NCBI RefSeq assembly: GCF_006345805.1
Contig: NC_043005.1
Location: forward strand, 21,266,001 to 21,330,000
Direction: 5' to 3'
Source of the DNA: Octopus sinensis
Lineage: Eukaryota
DNA: 64,000 bases
Under the pieces are notes generated by a model. The model ran no database searches and was not told where the DNA came from. It saw nothing but the letters and a program-made list of their open reading frames with translations. The translations under genes and the position numbers were made by a program. Shown one piece after another: positions 58,918 through 64,000 of the stretch; position 1 is the first letter of the stretch; each line of letters begins with the position of its first letter.

Positions 58918-61900
58918 ATTTATTACCAATAGAAATATAATAAGAGCTTTTAGTTATACTAAAACATTTTTGCAATCTAAATCACAAAGTGACAAACTAA
59001 TATTTTACAATTTAACGTTCAGATATAATAATTAAATAAATGTATGTATCTAAATTATCGTTGACTAATAAAAAATTAGAAATTCATATTTAACAATTAA
59101 TACTTATATAGAGTACAATAATATTTCTTAAATAAAAATGTCTACTTATCTCTCCAAAAGGTGTATTATGAACTAAAACGTTTTCAAAACGAAAAACGTA
59201 TTACTTAGCATTTATAAATTTGCTCGTGAATACGTAGCTTAAAGAAATAGAACAAACAGATGGAAATATACGTTTTATCAATGAAAACTACAAATATATT
59301 TTTGATTAACAAAAAAAGAGAATAAAATCTCTAAGTGAGAATAAAATCACTAAACAGTAGGATATCAATCACTAGAAACCTAAAATTTAGAATTAACTAT
59401 GATAAAATATAAATATACTCGAATTATCATATAGTTAAATTAATTTATATAACTACAATTTACTGTATATTCTCTAATCCCCTTATACAAATTTATTTGT
59501 TTCATTCATATAAATATGGTTATGTTAGAGCCCAAATTTTTCCCTGTAAGTTTGGAGTTACACTCCCTAAAATTATTATTATTATTATATATATAAAGAA
59601 AAGGGAGGAAGTCAGAATTTTGGATAATTGTTATTTAGTGCTTCCATCTCATTTCAGAGAATCATCAGGAATAATATTTTTACAGAAAACATCATTTATG
59701 TATTTGTGCGTTAGTTGAAAAAATCTAGAACTGAATTAGAAAGAGAATGTTCTTTGCTATTTCAAGTTTATATGTGCCTGTATATGTGTGTGTAAGTATC
59801 TGTATGTGGTGAATTTTTGAAGGGAGGTAGAAAACAGGAAAGATGAAAGAATGAGGATGATTCAAAGGCAGTATTAATTTAAACCCTCAAGGAGACATAA
59901 GTAGTGCCAATAGATGACCCATGACTCTGTGTCATTCAAAAGAGTGATCAGAGTGACAGCTTTGTACACACTGATCTTAGTAACACTCTTTTATACTGTC
60001 TGCGAAATGCACTTTTTGCCTTGACCAGTCTGTTGTTAACCACCTTGTTGATTTTGTTATTTGATGAGCTCATGCACCCTAAGTAGGTGAATTGGTTAAC
60101 TGCCTTTAATTCAGTCTCACTGATGGTGATGTGAAGCGGGTATTATTCTTGCCATAGTGCACATTGATGGAAGATTGTTATTTTCATTAAACTGACTTCT
60201 AAGTCAAAATATTAAGCTGCTTTTGTAAAGCAACAGTTAATGTCTTTGCCTTCGCAACAAAAACAACAGCATCTGCAAAAAGTAATTCATGAATAGCTTT
60301 TTCTGTTGTTCTGGTGTGATTTTATAAGTGCCTTAAGTTGAAATGTCTGCCATTGGTATGGTGCTGGATGTAGTGTAGATGCCATCTTCATCATCAGCAT
60401 CATAGTCAAGAAGATAGGGAAAAGGGTTGGGATGTGGACATAGCCTTGCTTCACATCAGGGCTTGGAAAGATTGTTGCTGTGCATGGTCTGGCCCTGTCA
60501 GTTTTCATATAGCTAGATGATCATGTTGAGGGACTTGAGGGAACATCCAAAACACTTTAGGATTTGCCCTAGACTTCTTCTGCACAGTGTCAAATGCTTT
60601 GGTGAGGTCAACAAAGGTAATGTAAAGTCCTTTGTTTTTGTTCTCTGAATTTCTGTTGTCTCTTGTTTGCTCTGAAGCTGCAATGGCTTTCTGAAAGGTT
60701 TTCTTCTGCAATAGTGAGCAGTACTTTCACAAAGATTTTGCTCACAATGGAGAACAAGTGACCTAAGTCAGTAGAATATTTCCATCTTGTTGGACTTAAA
60801 GAAGTGTAATAAAGCTTGCCATCAATATCCAGGATGCAATTCTTATGCATATGATGGGAAAGAAGAGGAGTAGTTGGAGTAGTCAGACCTCCTACTCTAC
60901 ACAAAATTCATTGCTATGATCATTGCTGACTTTGACCTTACTAACAGCATGCCTGTAAATGGCTTGTACAACTTTCATCAACCACTCATCTATTCGTAGC
61001 TTCTGTATTGACTAGCATTAAAGAGAGTTGGGGATACTATATAAGGCTTTCTCCATGTCGACAAAAGTCAAGTACAATGAATCGTTTTTTGCTAAATACT
61101 TCTCTTGCAGGAAGATAGCACCGATAATGCTTCTCCCTAGCACAAAATGAAACTACATTTCGTCTAGACTAACTCCCTTCCTAAATAGTTGAGCTATGAC
61201 CCACTCTGTAACTTTCATCACATGGTCCAATAATTTGATGCCTCTGGAATTATTTCTGTCTAAATCGTGACCTTTGCCTTTGTAGCAGTTGGCTATGATA
61301 CTGCTACACCAGTCATTGGGTATTGACTCCCTTGTAGAAAATCTGATTAATTATCCAGGAGACTAGATAATATCCCACTATGCCAGGTATTTTAAGTATC
61401 TCAGCAGTGGTTTCTGATGGGTTGGTCTCCCTGTCGCCATAACCTTAATTGCTTTATCTACCAAGCTACTGTTGATTTAGATAGCTGGTCCCTCTGTTGG
61501 GTTGCATTATGCAGACTCTCCTCATATGCATTCTCTATATTTATCAGCCTTTTACAATGGCACTTCCAAGCCTTTTTCTTTGCAGAATTGCTAACTGCAA
61601 GTGACCCGTTATCCATGTAAACACACATCTTTCCTACAATATCATGATTTTCTCTGACACACTTTACTGTCTTGCAATTCGAAACACATCAAACTTCTGA
61701 TCCTCACACTAAATTTCTTTCTTTCTGCTTCTCCTTTTGCTAAATATACCTGTCTCTTAGCTTTTCTTCTAGCTACTTGATATAGTTTTCTTCTCCCCCC
61801 ACTTTTCCAGTCCTACCAAGCCTCTCTATTTACTCTAATGGCCCTGTCTACAACATTGTTCTATCACCCTGTCACCTTTGTGGGACTTTGTGCTATCCGC

Positions 61901-63430
61901 AAATATGGTCAGTGTTCCTCATTAAGTTGGCCCATAGCATCTTCCAGTTGTCCTTGATATTATATGTCACTATCACATCCTCCTTCTTGTCAAATGCTCC
62001 AATCTGAATCTAAATTTCTGACTATTCAGAGAATCAGTAAGCTTCCAGATCTTTCTTTTCCAGATTGGTTTGCTTCTTGGCATCTTTCTAGCTTGAAGTT
62101 TGAAGTCACTAATGACTAACCTATGTTAAGATGTGCACTCTTCATCTCAAAAAATCTTTGCATTTATAAGCAATCATCTTTCCTACTTTGTGAGGAAAAT
62201 ACAGTCAATCTGGTTTTTATGGCCCCGAAATTGATAGGTGAACAGGTAACTGACTGGTTTCCTGAAATTGGTGTTGCAGATCATAATGACATTTGCGTCA
62301 GCGAACCCTAGTAGTCTACTTCCCTCTTCATTGCATCTTATCAACCCATTTCTCAGCAAGAAGTATGCCCACACCACCAACCCCATCATTACTGCCTAAC
62401 CAGAGGACTTTTTTATCTGTATTCTTTGCCTGTGAGGAACCTGGCAAAAGCTTTGCTCCACCTTATCTCTTGAATGTAACACACATTTACACACCTTCAT
62501 TCTAGCATCTCAACAATTTATATGCCTTATACATACATACATGATGGTTGCAAACTCATGTTCGAGTATTGCCATCACCTGATTGAAGTCCCACACATGC
62601 GAAGTCTACAACTAGCTATTTTTGTGATTGGTCTCTCATTTCTTTCAAGTGATGCCTGTGCATGAGGATTTTTTTATAATGGAGAAAGGATTTGCACAAA
62701 ATCAATCCCACTCTCTGAACATGGACAACAAAAACTTGAAAAGAAGAACTAGTCTACATCATCGAATATTGTCAGTGTCACAGGTTTTCTCTCAGTTTCC
62801 ATCTACTAGAGAGATGTTATGACAATAGAGGGGCCGCCCACTCCTAGTGGGCCAACCACTCACTAACTCAGATATTTCCAAATCCCCATGCATACATACA
62901 TGCATACATGCATACATACACATATACACATGTTGTTGGATGGCCACACCCGCCTCACCAAGCAAGCTAACAACCCAACCATGCTACAGGTTGTTCTGGG
63001 TTACATGTTACCAGTAGCTCCTAAGTATGACCTTACATACATACATACACACACACACACATACATACATACATTCATTCATTCATTCATTCATTCATTC
63101 ATTCATTCATTCATTCATCTATTTATTTATCTGTGTGCATATTACTTCAATTTGTTTCACTTAATACTTTTCATTGTAACATTGTCATTTTCTCATCATT
63201 TTGACCCTCTTTCTAACATGAATCATCCCATTGATATCAATTTGTTTTCTTAACTTCAGTTTACACAAAAGTTAACTGTGGGCCTCCAATTGATGTTATT
63301 GGAGCATCAAAGTCCTACAAAACCACCACCTATAAATCTGAAGTGATCTACTCTTGCCCAATGGCAGAAAAACTAAAGTCAATATGTGACAAGGACAACA
63401 AATGGAGTCCAGTAGCACCTGTTTGTAAAG
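1914..63430 (+). CDS. Partial multi-exon gene encoding a tandem [Sushi-PAN-PAN]n extracellular protein (13 exons in the window, open at both ends)
   Basis: join(1914..2084,5674..5913,12035..12268,16739..16909,21050..21286,29513..29743,31583..31753,33666..33905,40005..40238,44390..44560,50400..50639,57049..57282,63260..63430). All introns are GT-AG and all junctions are phase 1. Junction codons are V, P or D, with no stops. Total 2745 nt. No start, signal-peptide or terminal exon was recognised. Confidence 0.88.
2825..3010 (+). mobile_element. Interspersed SINE-like repeat; a second copy lies on the - strand at about 8690..8955
   Basis: The block ttgagcatgtccctcagtggctgacaatatgtgcatctctgattatgagcaaaagtagtggg..agcatcatagccatgtg recurs as its reverse complement at 8706-8790. 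Confidence 0.55.
5674..5913 (+). CDS. Exon A1, PAN/apple-like domain (type A)
   Basis: ttaattccag|TT...AATC|gtaatt, 240 nt. [79 protein letters not shown] has the CxxxC-x5-CxSF-xn-CxL four-Cys PAN motif. Confidence 0.9.
7500..8690 (-). mobile_element. R4/Dong-like (R2 group) non-LTR retrotransposon remnant
   Basis: RT motifs FYMDDFKLY and [16 protein letters not shown], then [25 protein letters not shown] leading into the restriction-like endonuclease. Frames are broken. Confidence 0.8.
9130..10570 (-). mobile_element. R4/Dong-like LINE remnant
   Basis: [47 protein letters not shown] matches the RLE PD..D motif. Confidence 0.75.
10575..10775 (+). mobile_element. tRNA-derived SINE with (ATT)n tail
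   Basis: B-box-like gggttcaaattc, body gaggttgataaaataagtaccagt, tail tagtagaaaggattatt. Same family as the 25105-26132 cluster. Confidence 0.7.
10839..11096 (-). mobile_element. Short 3' stub of an R4/Dong-like LINE embedded in a (TAA)n array
   Basis: The - strand reads [18 protein letters not shown] followed by a 3' UTR. (AAT)n flanks both sides (about 10790-10838 and 11097-11207). Confidence 0.7.
11415..11470. repeat. (ACT)n microsatellite
   Basis: Direct inspection. Confidence 0.9.
12035..12268 (+). CDS. Exon B1, PAN domain (type B)
   Basis: ttgtttttctag|CC...CCAG|gtcagt, 234 nt. [77 protein letters not shown]. Confidence 0.9.
12336..12426. repeat. (TA)n microsatellite
   Basis: Direct inspection. 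Confidence 0.9.
13330..13790 (+). mobile_element. RTE LINE 3' fragment
   Basis: [21 protein letters not shown].. and [11 protein letters not shown] are homologous to 52880-53330. Confidence 0.7.
14430..16130 (+). mobile_element. Penelope-like element, degraded reverse transcriptase
   Basis: Motifs [20 protein letters not shown] and [14 protein letters not shown]. Multiple frameshifts. Confidence 0.75.
16230..16536 (+). mobile_element. RTE-tail-related repeat with an internal 63-bp tandem duplication
   Basis: catcatt/gtttaacgtccgctttccatgctagcatggg.. recurs at 19460-19640(-), 29845-30060(+) and 53950-54220(-). The 63-bp unit starts at 16397, 16460 and (partially) 16523. Confidence 0.7.
16739..16909 (+). 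CDS. Exon S2, Sushi/CCP domain
   Basis: acttccag|TT...AAAG|gtaatg, 171 nt. [56 protein letters not shown]. Confidence 0.9.
20170..20845 (+). mobile_element. CR1/L2-like LINE 3' end
   Basis: [11 protein letters not shown].. / RGHIYKVRK / [12 protein letters not shown] pattern, followed by an (att)n tail at 20826-20845. It is absent from the paralogous introns before A1 and A4. Confidence 0.7.
21050..21286 (+). CDS. Exon A2, PAN domain (type A)
   Basis: ttaattccag|TT...AAAC|gtaatt, 237 nt (one codon shorter than A1, A3 and A4). [78 protein letters not shown]. Confidence 0.9.
21800..23040 (+). mobile_element. CRE-like non-LTR retrotransposon remnant
   Basis: [18 protein letters not shown]..; [40 protein letters not shown] (zinc knuckle plus RLE). 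Confidence 0.6.
23900..24850 (-). mobile_element. Possible Ty3/Gypsy integrase relic
   Basis: Fragmentary - strand peptides ..SSIDQGLQF.. and ELLGI..HHQP resemble the integrase core. Heavily degraded. Confidence 0.35.
25105..26132 (+). mobile_element. Cluster of five head-to-tail tRNA-derived SINEs
   Basis: Heads (g)gtgagctggcagaattgttagc at about 25105, 25325, 25524, 25688 and 25931. B-box gagttcaaattc. Most copies end in (att)n. Confidence 0.8.
26860..28330 (+). mobile_element. Probable LINE ORF1 (gag-like) relic
   Basis: Interrupted ORFs with an Asn-rich tract and a degenerate zinc knuckle [15 protein letters not shown], followed by a Pro/Thr-rich tail. Confidence 0.4.
28520..28930 (-). 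mobile_element. R4/Dong-like LINE fragment, same subfamily as 45835-47650
   Basis: [48 protein letters not shown] closely matches 46950-47260. Confidence 0.85.
29513..29743 (+). CDS. Exon C1, PAN domain (type C)
   Basis: tttttttttgcag|CT...CCAG|gtcagt, 231 nt. [76 protein letters not shown]. Confidence 0.9.
31583..31753 (+). CDS. Exon S3, Sushi/CCP domain
   Basis: tcacttctag|TT...AAAG|gtaaaa, 171 nt. [56 protein letters not shown]. Confidence 0.9.
32200..33060 (+). mobile_element. Mariner transposase remnant
   Basis: [21 protein letters not shown] (HTH) and [19 protein letters not shown] (YSPDLAP motif). Confidence 0.85.
33666..33905 (+). CDS. Exon A3, PAN domain (type A)
   Basis: ttaattccag|TT...AAAC|gtaatt, 240 nt. 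[79 protein letters not shown]. Confidence 0.9.
35390..38015 (-). mobile_element. R4/Dong-like LINE remnant
   Basis: [49 protein letters not shown]. (AAT)n lies immediately 5' on its strand (38019-38071). Confidence 0.75.
38990..39850 (-). mobile_element. R4/Dong-like LINE 3' remnant
   Basis: [42 protein letters not shown]. Confidence 0.8.
40005..40238 (+). CDS. Exon B2, PAN domain (type B)
   Basis: ttctttctttctag|CT...CCAG|gtcagt, 234 nt. [77 protein letters not shown]. Confidence 0.9.
40440..41760 (+). mobile_element. Penelope-like element 3' part (GIY-YIG C-terminal region)
   Basis: [27 protein letters not shown]...SLNRK.EW resembles the Penelope endonuclease C-terminus. Confidence 0.55.
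41349..41447. repeat. (AAT)n microsatellite
   Basis: Direct inspection. Confidence 0.9.
41857..42643 (+). mobile_element. Non-autonomous Helitron-like element (787 bp)
   Basis: A|TCTATATATATAAAA 5' end, subterminal hairpin cgtgtgcatagaacgcacg, CTAG|T 3' end, no target-site duplication. Confidence 0.75.
43817..44000. repeat. (CTAT)n microsatellite
   Basis: Direct inspection. Confidence 0.95.
44390..44560 (+). CDS. Exon S4, Sushi/CCP domain
   Basis: caattctag|TT...GATG|gtaacg, 171 nt. [57 protein letters not shown] second in-frame AG lies 6 nt downstream. Confidence 0.88.
45185..45600 (+). mobile_element. R4/Dong-like LINE 3' fragment
   Basis: WDFPIQ..RPDLVVV..; [35 protein letters not shown]. 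Directly preceded by (AAT)n. Confidence 0.8.
45835..47650 (+). mobile_element. R4/Dong-like LINE, 5'-truncated ORF (RT, zinc knuckle, RLE) with in-frame stops
   Basis: [55 protein letters not shown]. 46206-47630 stays in one frame with a few stops. (AAT)n lies at 45785-45830. Confidence 0.9.
47860..48300 (+). mobile_element. Mariner 3' fragment
   Basis: [32 protein letters not shown]. Confidence 0.8.
48666..48788 (+). pseudogene. Ectopic 123-bp copy of the internal part of exon A4
   Basis: Matches 50497..50619 with one mismatch near the left end. It lacks both exon ends and the donor site. Confidence 0.9.
50400..50639 (+). CDS. Exon A4, PAN domain (type A)
   Basis: ttttgaatctag|AT...AACC|gtaaat, 240 nt. 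[79 protein letters not shown]. Confidence 0.88.
52728..53330 (+). mobile_element. tRNA-derived SINE head followed by an RTE LINE 3' fragment
   Basis: ggtgcaggtgtggctgtgtgg A-box-like head; [49 protein letters not shown]. Confidence 0.75.
54466..54748. repeat. Foldback/MITE-like inverted repeat in (TA)n
   Basis: Arms 54466..54596 and 54618..54748 (131 bp each, about 90% complementary by eye) with a 21-nt spacer. Confidence 0.85.
56544..56941 (-). mobile_element. Non-autonomous Helitron-like element (398 bp)
   Basis: On the - strand: A|TCTTTATATATAAAA start, hairpin cccgagcaacaccggg, end CAAG (a CTAG variant) followed by T. Confidence 0.75.
57049..57282 (+). CDS. Exon C2, PAN domain (type C)
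   Basis: ttttaccatccag|CC...CCAG|gtcagt, 234 nt. [77 protein letters not shown]. Confidence 0.9.
58075..58386 (-). mobile_element. tRNA-derived SINE
   Basis: The - strand head ggaggcgcaaTGGCCCAGTGGttagggc..GTTTCAATTCC carries A and B boxes, followed by a non-tRNA body. Confidence 0.75.
58694..58915. repeat. Compound (CTT)n/(ATT)n microsatellite
   Basis: Direct inspection. Confidence 0.95.
59950..62300 (-). mobile_element. Degraded RTE-type LINE fragments
   Basis: [25 protein letters not shown] and [27 protein letters not shown] (RT and AP-endonuclease pieces). Confidence 0.6.
60767..60864 (+). pseudogene. Ectopic rearranged fragment of a type-C PAN exon
   Basis: 60767..60788 equals 57283..57304 (the donor-side intron start of C2). 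60791..60864 matches 57121..57194 with 4 mismatches in 74 nt. Confidence 0.85.
63260..63430 (+). CDS. Exon S5, Sushi/CCP domain
   Basis: ttaacttcag|TT...AAAG|gtaatg, 171 nt. [56 protein letters not shown]. Confidence 0.9.
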
Positions 63431-64000
63431 GTAATGTAAAAAACTTCTCTCTTGTTGCCTCTGTCTTTGTAATTTTGTTAGATTTTTTCTTTAAATTATA
63501 TTTTATTTTCTTTGCCCATTTTTATACCTGTAAACAAACCTATTTTAATTCCTCACTTCTGCATATATCCAGATGCCTAAATTATATATCATAAAACCCC
63601 ATGTTTGAAACAGAATTGAAGAAATATTTATAAATACATAGCCCATACATTTCCATGAAACACAAGGGTTAAAATCTCTTCAAATCAAATTGCTTATGTA
63701 ACAATGAACACGAAGAGAGAGGGAGAGAGAGAGAGATACAGCAAACAAACTTTACGCCTACCAAAATCCTTTTGTGAACATCAAAGCACAAGATAAACAA
63801 GTTTCTATACTAGCAACACTGTCACATGCCTGACTAATAACCCCCACCTTCCAATCAAAATAGAAAATACCTTAAATAACAACTAGAACAAGTAAAGAAA
63901 TTTCGTTTTTGCCTGTGGTCTGCAAGATTCTTTATGTGAATTCATGTGTTGAAACATATTTTATTGTGTCTGGGGGGAGTCATTTTATTTTAGTACTTTA

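Noticed and set aside
1914-63430. Interpretation as a cluster of separate tandem genes or as mutually exclusive exon arrays
   Set aside because: No start, signal-peptide or terminal exons were seen between units. The domain types alternate in a fixed order rather than clustering by type.

Overview
AT-rich animal genomic DNA, dense in microsatellites and transposon relics. The SINE and LINE families look cephalopod (octopus)-like; this is inferred from remembered repeat families, not from a search. The window lies inside one large + strand intron-rich gene with no start or stop visible. I found 13 GT-AG exons, all phase 1-1 and all multiples of 3, which splice into one stop-free ORF of 2745 nt (about 915 aa). 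Each exon encodes one domain, in a strict triplet order Sushi/CCP - PAN(A) - PAN(B or C). The order in the window is S1-A1-B1-S2-A2-C1-S3-A3-B2-S4-A4-C2-S5, with a higher-order six-exon period of about 28-31 kb. Paralogous exons show many amino-acid-changing and very few silent differences, consistent with diversifying selection on an extracellular recognition-type protein. Two short copies of exon sequence sit ectopically in nearby introns. The introns carry R4/Dong-like LINEs associated with (TAA)n, RTE, CR1, CRE and Penelope-like relics, mariner fragments, tRNA-derived SINEs (including a 5-copy cluster), Helitron-like elements and a foldback element. Transposon boundaries are approximate and were read by eye.
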